A DNA stretch of 64,000 nucleotides, from assembly GCF_057098645.1 (NCBI RefSeq), contig NZ_CM169472.1; one strand, 5' to 3'. Both the position numbers and the translations under genes were made by a program. The number at the start of each line of letters is the position of its first letter. The stretch's first letter is position 1. Shown in pieces: positions 1 to 8,969 of this stretch. Below the pieces are notes generated by a model. It did not search any database. It saw only the letters and a program-made list of their open reading frames with translations, and was not told the origin of the DNA.

Positions 1-2268
1 ATGGCCGTTAAAGCCTCCGGGCGTTTTGTCCCTCCGTCAGCATTTGCCGCAGGCACCGGTGAGACGTTTACCGGTGCTTATGCATGGAACGCGCCACGCG
101 AGGCCGTCGGGCGCGAAAGACCCCTTACACGTGACGAGATGCGTCAGGTGCAAGGTGTTTTATCCACGATTAATCGCCTGCCTTACTTTTTGCGCTCGCT
201 GTTTACTTCACGCTATGACTACATCCGGCGCAATAAAAGCCCGGTGCACGGGTTTTATTTCCTCACATCCACTTTTCAGCGCCGTTTATGGCCGCGTATT
301 GAGCGCGTGAATCAGCGCCATGAAATGAACACCGACGCGTCGTTGCTGTTTCTGGCAGAGCGTGACCATTATGCGCGTCTGCCGGGGATGAATGACAAGG
401 AGCTGAAAAAGTTTGCCGCCCGTATCTCATCGCAGCTTTTCATGATGTATGAGGAACTCTGCGATGCATGGGTTGATGCACATGGCGAGAAAGAATCGCT
501 GTTTACAGATGAGGCGCAGGCGCATCTGTATGGTCATGTTGCTGGCGCTGCACGTGCTTTCAATATTTCCCCTCTCTACTGGAAAAAATACCGTAAAGGA
601 CAGATGACCACGAGGCAGGCATATTCTGCCATTGCCCGTCTGTTTAACGATGAGTGGTGGACTCATCAGCTTAAAGGCCAGCGTATGCGCTGGCATGAGG
701 CGTTACTGATTGCTGTCGGGGAGGTCAATAAAGACCGTTCTCCTTATGCCAGTAAACATGCCATTCGTGATGTGCGTGCACGCCGCCAGGCAAATCTGGA
801 ATTTCTTAAATCGTGTGACCTCGAAAACAGGGAAACCGGCGAGCGCATCGACCTTATCAGTAAGGTGATGGGCAGTATTTCTAATCCTGAAATTCGCCGG
901 ATGGAGCTGATGAACACCATCGCCGGTATTGAGCGTTACGCCGCCGCAGAGGGTGATGTGGGGATGTTTATCACTCTGACCGCGCCGTCAAAGTATCACC
1001 CGACACGTCAGGTCGGAAAAGGCGAAAGTAAAACCGTCCAGCTAAATCACGGCTGGAATGATGAGGCATTTAATCCAAAGGATGCGCAGCGTTATCTCTG
1101 CCGCATCTGGAGCCTGATGCGCACGGCATTCAAGGATAATGATTTACAGGTCTACGGTTTGCGAGTCGTCGAGCCACACCACGACGGAACGCCGCACTGG
1201 CATATGATGCTTTTTTGTAATCCACGCCAGCGTAACCAGATTATCGAAATCATGCGTCGCTATGCGCTCAAAGAGGATGGTGACGAAAGAGGAGCCGCGC
1301 GAAACCGTTTTCAGGCAAAACACCTTAACCGGGGCGGTGCTGCGGGATATATCGCGAAATACATCTCAAAAAACATCGATGGCTATGCACTGGATGGTCA
1401 GCTCGATAACGATACCGGCAGGCCGCTGAAAGACACTGCCGCGGCTGTTACCGCATGGGCGTCAACGTGGCGCATTCCGCAATTTAAAACGGTTGGCCTG
1501 CCGACAATGGGGGCTTACCGTGAACTACGCAAATTGCCTCGCGGCGTCAGCATTGCTGATGAGTTTGACGAACGCGTCGAGGCTGCACGCGCTGCCGCAG
1601 ACAGTGGTGATTTTGCGTTGTATATCAGCGCGCAGGGTGGGGCAAATGTTCCGCGCGATTGTCAGACTGTCAGGGTTGCCCGTAGTCCGTCGGATGAAGT
1701 TAACGAGTACGAGGAAGAAGTCGAGAGAGTGGTCGGCATTTACGCGCCGCATCTCGGCGCGCGTCATATTCATATCACCAGAACGACGGACTGGCGCATT
1801 GTTCCGAAAGTGCCGGTCGTTGAGCCTTTGACTTTAAAAAGCGGCATCGCCGCGCCTCGGAGTCCTGTCAATAACTGTGGAAAGCTCACCGGTGGTGATA
1901 CTTCGTTACCGGCTCCCACACCTTCTGAGCACGCCGCAGCAGTGCTTAATCTGGTTGATGACGGTGTTATCGAATGGAATGACCCGGAGGTCGTGAGGGC
2001 GCTCAGAAGCGCATTAAAACACGACCTGAGAAGACCAAACCGTCAGCAAAGAAACGGAAGCCCGTTAAAACCACATGAAATTGCACCATCGGCCAGACTG
2101 ACCCGGTCTGAACGATTGCAAATCACCCGTATCCGTGTTGACCTTGCTCAGAACGGTATCAGGCCGCAGCGATGGGAGCTTGAGGCGTTGGCGCGCGGGG
2201 CAACAGTAATTTATGAAGGTGAGCGGTTTAGTTATGCTGTAAAAGACGATTGGGTGATGTTTTCTTAA
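1..2268 (+). CDS. A: Replication initiation endonuclease gpA (rolling-circle HUH nickase)
   Basis: 755-aa ORF starting MAVKASGRFVPPSAFAAGTG, as in P2 gpA. It has the HUH-like EPHHDGTPHWHMM motif and the GYIAKYISK tyrosine motif. The last ~20 codons diverge from P2 and become AT-rich. Confidence 0.95.
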   Translation: MAVKASGRFVPPSAFAAGTGETFTGAYAWNAPREAVGRERPLTRDEMRQVQGVLSTINRLPYFLRSLFTSRYDYIRRNKSPVHGFYFLTSTFQRRLWPRIERVNQRHEMNTDASLLFLAERDHYARLPGMNDKELKKFAARISSQLFMMYEELCDAWVDAHGEKESLFTDEAQAHLYGHVAGAARAFNISPLYWKKYRKGQMTTRQAYSAIARLFNDEWWTHQLKGQRMRWHEALLIAVGEVNKDRSPYASKHAIRDVRARRQANLEFLKSCDLENRETGERIDLISKVMGSISNPEIRRMELMNTIAGIERYAAAEGDVGMFITLTAPSKYHPTRQVGKGESKTVQLNHGWNDEAFNPKDAQRYLCRIWSLMRTAFKDNDLQVYGLRVVEPHHDGTPHWHMMLFCNPRQRNQIIEIMRRYALKEDGDERGAARNRFQAKHLNRGGAAGYIAKYISKNIDGYALDGQLDNDTGRPLKDTAAAVTAWASTWRIPQFKTVGLPTMGAYRELRKLPRGVSIADEFDERVEAARAAADSGDFALYISAQGGANVPRDCQTVRVARSPSDEVNEYEEEVERVVGIYAPHLGARHIHITRTTDWRIVPKVPVVEPLTLKSGIAAPRSPVNNCGKLTGGDTSLPAPTPSEHAAAVLNLVDDGVIEWNDPEVVRALRSALKHDLRRPNRQQRNGSPLKPHEIAPSARLTRSERLQITRIRVDLAQNGIRPQRWELEALARGATVIYEGERFSYAVKDDWVMFS

Positions 2269-2351
2269 ACTGATGGCATCATGATACATTAACAAATCTG
2301 AAGCAATACTTTAGTAGTCGTGCATTAATAACTTATAAGGAATTATTATCG

Positions 2352-3674
2352 ATGAGTGCGTTAAGGGATGAAGTATCTATGAAGGTTGCGTTCTCTAATG
2401 GCATGATAAACAAATTATGCAAAAGTTTTTTTTATAGTCATGGTAAGGAGCAGCCTTGTATTCAAGTCGGTAAAGCATTAGAAGATTTTGTTTTTTGGCT
2501 TGCATATAATGATGAGGAGATTGCAAAATGTGCTAGTAGGTTATTAAAAGCATATGGCCCCCAATTAGGTATAAGTAACCTTCATAATGCGAAAAGATTA
2601 TTGTTAGGTTTTTGTTCTGAAGCCTTCAATCGCATTGATGCTGATTTTTTGTCGCTTAATCCTGATAAGATTTGTGTTGATGATATTATAACGCAAGTTC
2701 ATAGAAAAAATCTTAGTGAGATGTTTAAGTGTTATATACTTTCACGAATAAAATCCTGTCCATATATTTATAATCTTGGGTGTGCTGGCTTTGATGGGAA
2801 GCTTGAGCTTAGAGAAAATTTATTTTTATATGGCCCGGGGCTAGGGGTGGAATTACTTTCTGATATTAAAGACAAAACTGACATCAAGGTTCCTGTTGAT
2901 TTTTATGATGATGAATATATGCGGCATAAACCAATTGGGAAATATTTTCGACAGTCAAAATCCTGCTTGGTGGTGGCATATGCTTCATCAGAGGATAAAG
3001 CGGTGAAAATGTTTGATAGTTTGTTTGGAGCTTTATGTCTTGCAGTTGATAATCCTTTTGCGATTAATCGAGTTGCTGTTAATAATCTAGTTGAGTCTTT
3101 TGGTGTCGGGAAATATCATGAAAGTGAGTTTCGGGTGAATATTCCGTCTGTAAATAATTTAAATATAACGGATTCAACCTTGGCGATACTTACAAAAATA
3201 CTTTCATCACCTGATAAAAGGATGTTGTCTGCTCTTTCCTTTATAGCGCACGGGTGGAGAGATGACAAACGTGAAAGGTTTTTGAATCAATTTATAGCAT
3301 TGGATGCTATGTATGGAACCAATAATGGTAATAAAAATTCAATTATTGGCGGTGTTTGCAGAGATGCGGCGAAAATTATTGATATTGATTCAAAAATAGG
3401 AATAATCTATGAGCTTAGGTGTAAGTTTGTTCATGGAGATATTTCATCGTTATCTGATAATGATAGCTATCGAAAGTTTATTGATAGCTATGGCGTGGAC
3501 CCTATTGTTTCTCTTTTTGAAATTCTTAAAGAATGCGTCCTTAATTATAATGGTACTTACAAAACGCCAAAAGATGTTGGAAAGGCAGATAGGTCTATTT
3601 GCGTTCCTGCTGAGTTGCTTCCAGCGGTTGAGAGGATGATAGCGGAATACAGTGGAGTTAAAAAAACAAACTAA
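2352..3674 (+). CDS. Hypothetical cargo protein with a C-terminal HEPN-like domain (Rx4H), possibly an RNase-type abortive-infection effector
   Basis: 440-aa uninterrupted ORF with AAGGA 11 nt upstream of the ATG. It is strongly AT-rich (19/60 G+C at 2401-2460 versus 43/60 at 9001-9060 in the phage backbone). It has FIALDAMYG (aa 314-322) and YELRCKFVHGD (R356..H361, nt 3417-3434). It sits in the P2 old/tin position. The function is an inference. Confidence 0.6.
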   Translation: MSALRDEVSMKVAFSNGMINKLCKSFFYSHGKEQPCIQVGKALEDFVFWLAYNDEEIAKCASRLLKAYGPQLGISNLHNAKRLLLGFCSEAFNRIDADFLSLNPDKICVDDIITQVHRKNLSEMFKCYILSRIKSCPYIYNLGCAGFDGKLELRENLFLYGPGLGVELLSDIKDKTDIKVPVDFYDDEYMRHKPIGKYFRQSKSCLVVAYASSEDKAVKMFDSLFGALCLAVDNPFAINRVAVNNLVESFGVGKYHESEFRVNIPSVNNLNITDSTLAILTKILSSPDKRMLSALSFIAHGWRDDKRERFLNQFIALDAMYGTNNGNKNSIIGGVCRDAAKIIDIDSKIGIIYELRCKFVHGDISSLSDNDSYRKFIDSYGVDPIVSLFEILKECVLNYNGTYKTPKDVGKADRSICVPAELLPAVERMIAEYSGVKKTN

Positions 3675-3815
3675 AGATGTTCTTTTTAGCCTCGCCTGCA
3701 TTAGGTGCATAAATTTGCATTCATTTTCAAATATATCTTTTGACAGCGAGCACCAGAACAGGCGCTTGCCGGGGGGATGATGCACCTGCATTAAAACCGC
3801 CCCATGAAGCGGGCG

Positions 3816-3834
3816 GGCGAGGCGGGGAAAGCAC
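3816..3834 (+). other. cos: P2 cos cohesive-end sequence (19 nt)
   Basis: GGCGAGGCGGGGAAAGCAC is present exactly. This matches the P2 cohesive end as I recall it. It lies at the expected position between the old/tin locus and portal gene Q. Confidence 0.75.
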
Positions 3835-3975
3835 TGCGCGCTGGCGGTGGTGCTGATTTTATTTTTTCAGCGTCTGAGCGCGTCGTGAAGGCGCTTAGTC
3901 TGCCCGTTGAGGCGTTGGTGTGTCTGCGGGGTGTTTTGTGCGGTGGTGAGCGTGTGAGGGCGTGATGACGGGGTG

Positions 3976-3999
3976 TAAAAAAGCCGCCCGCAGGCGGCG
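3976..3999 (-). terminator. Putative rho-independent terminator of the P-Q late operon
   Basis: GC hairpin GCCGCC/GGCGGC (3983-3999). On the minus strand it is followed by a T-run (A-run 3977-3982 on plus). It lies 5 nt past the Q stop. Confidence 0.55.
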
Positions 4000-4003
4000 A
4001 TGT

Positions 4004-5038
4004 TCAGCCGTTGTCAGTGTCCAGTGAGTAGTTTTTAAAGCGGATGACCTCCTGACCGAGCCAGCCGTTTATCTCGCGGATCCTGTCCTGTAGCGGGATA
4101 AGCTCATTGCGGACAAAGACCTTTACCACTTTCTCAATATCACCCAGCGACCCGACGTTCTCCGGCTTGCCGCCCATCAACTGAAAGGGGATGCGGTGCG
4201 CGTCCAGCAGGTCAGCGGCGCTGGCTTTTTTGATATTAAAAAAATCGTCCTTCGTTGCCACTTCACTGAGCGGGATAATTTTAATGCCGTCGGCTTTCCC
4301 CTGCGGGGCATAGAGAAACAGGTTTTTAAAGTTGTTGCGGCCTTTCGACTTGACCATGTTTTCGCGAAGCATTTCGATATCGTTGCGATCCTGCACGGCA
4401 TCGGTGACGTACATGATATATCCGGCATGAGCGCCGTTTTCGTAATACTTGCGGCGGAACAGCGTGGCCGACTCATTCAGCCAGGCAGAATTAAGGGCGC
4501 TGAGATATTCCGGCAGGCCGTACAGCTCCTGATTAATATCCGGCTCCAGCAGGTGAAACACGGAGCCGGGCGCGAAGGCTGTCGGCTCGTTGAAGGACGG
4601 CACCCACCAGTAAACATCCTCCTCCACGCCACGGCGGGTATATTTTGCCGGTGAGGTTTCCAGTCTGATGACCTTACCGGTGGTGCTGTAACGCTTTTCC
4701 AGAAACGCATTACCGAACACCAGAAAATCCAGCACAAAGCGGCTGAAATCCTGCTGGGAAAGCCACGGGTGCGGAATAAACGTTGAAGCCAGAATATTAC
4801 GTTTGACGTAAATCGGTGAGCTGTGATGTACGGCAGCACGCAGGCTTTTTGCCAGACCGGTAAAGCTGACCGGTGGCTCATACCATCTGCCGTTACTGAT
4901 GCACTCGACGTAATCCAGAATGTCACGGCGGTCGAGTACCGGCACCGGTTCACCAAAGGTGAATGCCTCCATTTTCGGGGCGCTGGCGGTCATTTTTTTT
5001 GCCGCAGGTTGCGGTGTTTTCCCTTTTTTCTTGCTCAT
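4004..5038 (-). CDS. Q: Portal protein gpQ
   Basis: 344-aa ORF, the same length as P2 Q. It overlaps the start/stop of P in the usual P2 arrangement. Confidence 0.93.
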   Translation of the reverse strand: MSKKKGKTPQPAAKKMTASAPKMEAFTFGEPVPVLDRRDILDYVECISNGRWYEPPVSFTGLAKSLRAAVHHSSPIYVKRNILASTFIPHPWLSQQDFSRFVLDFLVFGNAFLEKRYSTTGKVIRLETSPAKYTRRGVEEDVYWWVPSFNEPTAFAPGSVFHLLEPDINQELYGLPEYLSALNSAWLNESATLFRRKYYENGAHAGYIMYVTDAVQDRNDIEMLRENMVKSKGRNNFKNLFLYAPQGKADGIKIIPLSEVATKDDFFNIKKASAADLLDAHRIPFQLMGGKPENVGSLGDIEKVVKVFVRNELIPLQDRIREINGWLGQEVIRFKNYSLDTDNG

Positions 5039-6810
5039 CAGTAAAACTCCAGAATGGTGGATGTCAGCGGGGTGCTGATACCGGCGGTGAGTGGCTCATT
5101 TAACAGGGCGTGCATGGTCGCCCAGGCGAGGTCGGCGTGGCTGGCTTCCTCGCTGCGGCTGGCCTCATAGGTGGCGCTGCGTCCGCTGCTGGTCATGGTC
5201 TTGCGGATAGCCATAAACGAGCTGGTGATGTCGGTGGCGCTGACGTCATATTCCAGACAGCCACGGCGAATAACGTCTTTTGCCTTGAGCACCATTGCGG
5301 TTTTCATTTCCGGCGTGTAGCGGATATCGCGTGCGGCGGGATAGAACGAGCGAACGAGCTGGAACACGCCGACACCGAGGCCGGTGGCATCAATTCCGAT
5401 GTATTCGACGTTGTATTTTTCGGTGAGTTTGCGGATGGATTCAGCCTGGGTGGCAAAGTCCATGCCTTTCCACTGGTGACGTTCAAGTATTCTGAATTTG
5501 CCACCGGCCACCACCGGCGGTGCCAGCACCACGCATCCGGCACTGTCGCCACGGTGTGACGGGTCGTAACCAATCCATACCGGGCGGGAGCCGAACGGAT
5601 TGGCGGCAAAGGGTGCATAGTCTTCCCATTCTTCCAGCGTGTCGACCATGCAGCGTTGCAGCTCCTCGAACGGGAACACCGACGCCTTGTCGTCAACAAA
5701 TTCACACATGAACAGGTTTTTAAAATCGTCGGCGCTGTTTTCGCGTTTGAGCTGCTCAATGTCGAACAGCGTGCAGCCACCTTTCAGGGCGTCCTCAATG
5801 GTGACAATCTGTCGCCACTGGCCGTCCGCACAGAGAAGCCCACCGGCAAGGGCGTTATGACTGACGTCGATTTCCACGCGTTCGGCGGCGCTGGCGCGTC
5901 CCCGGTTATACAGTTCACCCGACCAGAACGGGTAGGCGTCGTGCGCCAGCGTGGACGGGGTGGAGAAATAGGTCGAACGCAGGTGACTCTGTGAGGCCAT
6001 ACCTGATGCCACCTTACGCAGTACCTGAAAATTCGGGATCCAGAAAATCTCGTCGACGTACAGGTCGCCGTTATGGCTCTGCGCGGTGTTGGAGTTGGTG
6101 CCGAGAAAAATCAGTTTTGCGCCGTTATTGCCCAGGACAATCGGATCACCGGTCAGGTCAACGTCAACCAGACGGGCAAAGGCGATGATGTATTCGCGGA
6201 ACACATACGCCTGCGTTTTACTGGCCGACAGAAAAATCTGGTTATGACCGGTTTTCAGGGCGCGCAGCAGCGCCTCGCGGGAAAAATAAAATGTCGCGCC
6301 AATCTGGCGGGATTTCAGGATATCGCGGATGCGGTGCTCAAGCCCGGCGCGATACCAGTGCAACTGATAATCGAAAGACTGCTCAAAGAAAATCTGCTCC
6401 AGCTTTTCGATGGCCTCGTCACTGAAAAAATTCTTTTTCGGTTTGCGCCGCCCGCCTTTGTTGCGGTTAGCGACGTTCGGATTAAGGTCTGCCTCGTTGC
6501 CGGTCTGGCTGTAGCGGTTTACCCGTGCCAGTCGTTCAATCTGGCGTCCGAGCAGGTCAATTTCCTTGAAATCACCGCCGGTTTTCTGCGGTTTGATGAT
6601 GAGCTGGGTCAGCCGCGCTTCCAGACTCATTTCGACACGGCTGATGGGGGCAACGCTGTCCCAGCCGTCGCGCTGTTTCCAGCTCTGCACCGTCGGGCGT
6701 TTCATCTGCAACATGGCGGCAATCTGCGGCACGGAAAATCCCTGCCAGTACAGCAGCGCCGCCTGACGACGCGGGTCGTGTAAAAGAGTGGTGTCTGTGG
6801 TGATGGTCAT
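5038..6810 (-). CDS. P: Terminase large subunit gpP
   Basis: I chose the start at MTITTDTTLLHDPRRQ, giving 590 aa as in P2 P. The ORF track extends 10 codons further upstream. Confidence 0.93.
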   Translation of the reverse strand: MTITTDTTLLHDPRRQAALLYWQGFSVPQIAAMLQMKRPTVQSWKQRDGWDSVAPISRVEMSLEARLTQLIIKPQKTGGDFKEIDLLGRQIERLARVNRYSQTGNEADLNPNVANRNKGGRRKPKKNFFSDEAIEKLEQIFFEQSFDYQLHWYRAGLEHRIRDILKSRQIGATFYFSREALLRALKTGHNQIFLSASKTQAYVFREYIIAFARLVDVDLTGDPIVLGNNGAKLIFLGTNSNTAQSHNGDLYVDEIFWIPNFQVLRKVASGMASQSHLRSTYFSTPSTLAHDAYPFWSGELYNRGRASAAERVEIDVSHNALAGGLLCADGQWRQIVTIEDALKGGCTLFDIEQLKRENSADDFKNLFMCEFVDDKASVFPFEELQRCMVDTLEEWEDYAPFAANPFGSRPVWIGYDPSHRGDSAGCVVLAPPVVAGGKFRILERHQWKGMDFATQAESIRKLTEKYNVEYIGIDATGLGVGVFQLVRSFYPAARDIRYTPEMKTAMVLKAKDVIRRGCLEYDVSATDITSSFMAIRKTMTSSGRSATYEASRSEEASHADLAWATMHALLNEPLTAGISTPLTSTILEFY

Positions 6811-6879
6811 GAATACCTCGCCGTGATGAATACACGGCAAGGCTACTGAGTCGCGCCCCGCGATTCGCTAAGGTGCTGT

Positions 6880-6897
6880 TGTGTCAGTGATAAGCCA
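6880..6897. promoter_or_regulatory. Late-promoter activator (Ogr-type) partial dyad, TGT-N12-cCA, in the P/O divergent region
   Basis: TGTGTCAGTGATAAGCCA resembles the TGT-N12-ACA element known for P2 late promoters. It is nearly identical in pattern to the site upstream of FI (23155-23172). Confidence 0.45.
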
Positions 6898-6983
6898 TCC
6901 GGGACTGATGGCGGAGGATGCGCATCGTCGGGAAACTGATGCCGACATGTGACTCCTCTAATCACTATTCAGGACTCCTGACA

Positions 6984-7838
6984 ATGGCAAAAAAAGTCTC
7001 AAAATTCTTTCGTATCGGCGTTGAGGGTGACACCTGTGACGGGCGTGTCATCAGTGCGCAGGATATTCAGGAAATGGCCGAAACCTTTGACCCGCGAGTC
7101 TATGGTTGCCGCATTAACCTGGAACATCTGCGCGGCATCCTGCCTGACGGTATTTTTAAGCGTTATGGCGATGTGGCCGAACTGAAGGCCGAAAAGATTG
7201 ACGATGATTCGGCGCTGAAAGGCAAATGGGCGCTGTTTGCGAAAATCACCCCGACCGATGACCTTATCGCGATGAACAAGGCCGCGCAGAAGGTCTATAC
7301 CTCAATGGAAATTCAGCCGAATTTTGCCAATACCGGCAAATGTTATCTGGTGGGGCTGGCCGTCACCGATGACCCGGCAAGCCTCGGCACGGAATACCTG
7401 GAATTCTGCCGCACGGCAAAACACAACCCTCTGAACCGCTTCAAATTAAGCCCTGAAAACCTGATTTCAGTGGCAACGCCTGTTGAGCTGGAATTTGAAG
7501 ACCTGCCTGAAACCGTGTTCACCGCCCTGACTGAAAAGGTGAAATCCATTTTTGGCCGCAAACAGGCCAGCGATGACGCCCGTCTGAATGACGTGCATGA
7601 AGCGGTGACCGCTGTTGCTGAACATGTGCAGGAAAAACTGAGCGCCACTGAGCAGCGCCTCGCTGAGATGGAAAACGCCTTTTCCGCACTTAAGCAGGAG
7701 GTGACTGACAGGGCGGATGAAACCAGCCAGGCATTCACCCGCCTGAAAAACAGTCTCGACCACACCGAAAGTCTGACCCAGCAGCGCCGCAGCAAGGCCA
7801 CCGGCGGTGGCGGTGACGCCCTGATGACGAACTGCTGA
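6984..7838 (+). CDS. O: Capsid scaffold protein gpO
   Basis: The start at MAKKVSKFFRIGVEGDTCDG gives 284 aa as in P2 O. The longer ORF-track start is rejected. Confidence 0.93.
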   Translation: MAKKVSKFFRIGVEGDTCDGRVISAQDIQEMAETFDPRVYGCRINLEHLRGILPDGIFKRYGDVAELKAEKIDDDSALKGKWALFAKITPTDDLIAMNKAAQKVYTSMEIQPNFANTGKCYLVGLAVTDDPASLGTEYLEFCRTAKHNPLNRFKLSPENLISVATPVELEFEDLPETVFTALTEKVKSIFGRKQASDDARLNDVHEAVTAVAEHVQEKLSATEQRLAEMENAFSALKQEVTDRADETSQAFTRLKNSLDHTESLTQQRRSKATGGGGDALMTNC

Positions 7839-7892
7839 CCGGCGTCAGTCCGGGAAAACCTTCACGATTAACCCTTAATTTCAGGAAAAACT

Positions 7893-8966
7893 ATGCGCCA
7901 GGAAACCCGCTTTAAATTTAATGCCTACCTGTCCCGTGTTGCCGAACTGAACGGCATCGACGCCGGTGATGTGTCGAAAAAATTCACCGTTGAACCGTCG
8001 GTCACCCAGACCCTGATGAACACCATGCAGGAGTCCTCTGACTTTCTGACCCGCATCAACATTGTGCCGGTCAGCGAAATGAAAGGGGAAAAAATTGGTA
8101 TTGGTGTCACCGGCTCCATCGCCAGCACCACAGACACCGCCGGTGGCACCGAGCGTCAGCCGAAGGACTTCTCGAAGCTGGCGTCAAACAAGTACGAATG
8201 CGACCAGATTAACTTCGATTTTTATATCCGCTACAAAACGCTTGACCTGTGGGCGCGTTATCAGGATTTCCAGCTCCGTGTCCGTAACGCCATTATCAAA
8301 CGCCAGTCCCTTGATTTAATCATGGCCGGTTTTAACGGCGTGAGGCGTGCCGAAACCTCTGACCGCAGCAGTAACCAGATGCTGCAGGATGTGGCGGTCG
8401 GCTGGCTGCAGAAATACCGCAATGAAGCCACGGCGCGCGTGATGAGCAAGGTTACTGACGAGGAAGGTCACACGACCTCTGAGGTCATCCGCGTGGGTAA
8501 GGGCGGTGATTATGCCAGCCTCGATGCACTGGTGATGGATGCGACCAACAACCTGATTGAGCCGTGGTATCAGGAAGACCCTGACCTTGTGGTGATTGTG
8601 GGGCGTCAGCTACTGGCGGACAAGTATTTCCCCATCGTCAACAAGGAGCAGGACAACAGCGAGATGCTGGCCGCTGACGTCATCATCAGCCAGAAACGCA
8701 TCGGCAACCTGCCAGCGGTACGCGTCCCGTACTTCCCGGCGGATGCGATGCTCATCACGAAGCTGGAAAACCTGTCCATCTACTACATGGATGACAGCCA
8801 TCGTCGCGTGATTGTGGAAAACCCGAAACTCGACCGCGTGGAGAACTACGAGTCAATGAACATTGATTACGTGGTGGAAGACTACGCCGCCGGTTGTCTG
8901 GTGGAAAAAATTAAGGTCGGTGACTTCTCCACACCGACTAAAGTGACCGCAGAGCCGGGAGCGTAA
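7893..8966 (+). CDS. N: Major capsid protein gpN
   Basis: 357-aa ORF in the P2 N position and of the P2 N length. Confidence 0.93.
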   Translation: MRQETRFKFNAYLSRVAELNGIDAGDVSKKFTVEPSVTQTLMNTMQESSDFLTRINIVPVSEMKGEKIGIGVTGSIASTTDTAGGTERQPKDFSKLASNKYECDQINFDFYIRYKTLDLWARYQDFQLRVRNAIIKRQSLDLIMAGFNGVRRAETSDRSSNQMLQDVAVGWLQKYRNEATARVMSKVTDEEGHTTSEVIRVGKGGDYASLDALVMDATNNLIEPWYQEDPDLVVIVGRQLLADKYFPIVNKEQDNSEMLAADVIISQKRIGNLPAVRVPYFPADAMLITKLENLSIYYMDDSHRRVIVENPKLDRVENYESMNIDYVVEDYAAGCLVEKIKVGDFSTPTKVTAEPGA

Positions 8967-8969
8967 CCG

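Noticed and set aside
3409-3791. 76-aa (plus strand) and 113-aa (minus strand) ORFs overlapping the 3' end of the cargo HEPN-like gene
   Set aside because: Both are embedded in or antisense to the 440-aa ORF in AT-rich DNA, where stop-free runs are not surprising at this length. Neither has an RBS or a motif. I cannot exclude a small antitoxin-like gene, but nothing supports one.
3700-3792. Imperfect inverted repeat AGGTGCAT / ATGCACCT, ~60 bp apart, between the cargo gene and cos
   Set aside because: Only 8 bp are complementary, the spacer is long, and there is no T-run. This is within chance expectation and is not convincing as a terminator or a terminase site.
6073-6783. 236-aa ORF antisense to terminase gene P. 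Similar cases are antisense to M (9117-9716), J/I (16118-16729), T (26925-27614 and 26457-26891) and R/S (12380-12946)
   Set aside because: High-GC phage coding regions generate long open antisense frames. Each overlaps a P2 gene of the correct length and sequence, and none has an RBS or a motif.
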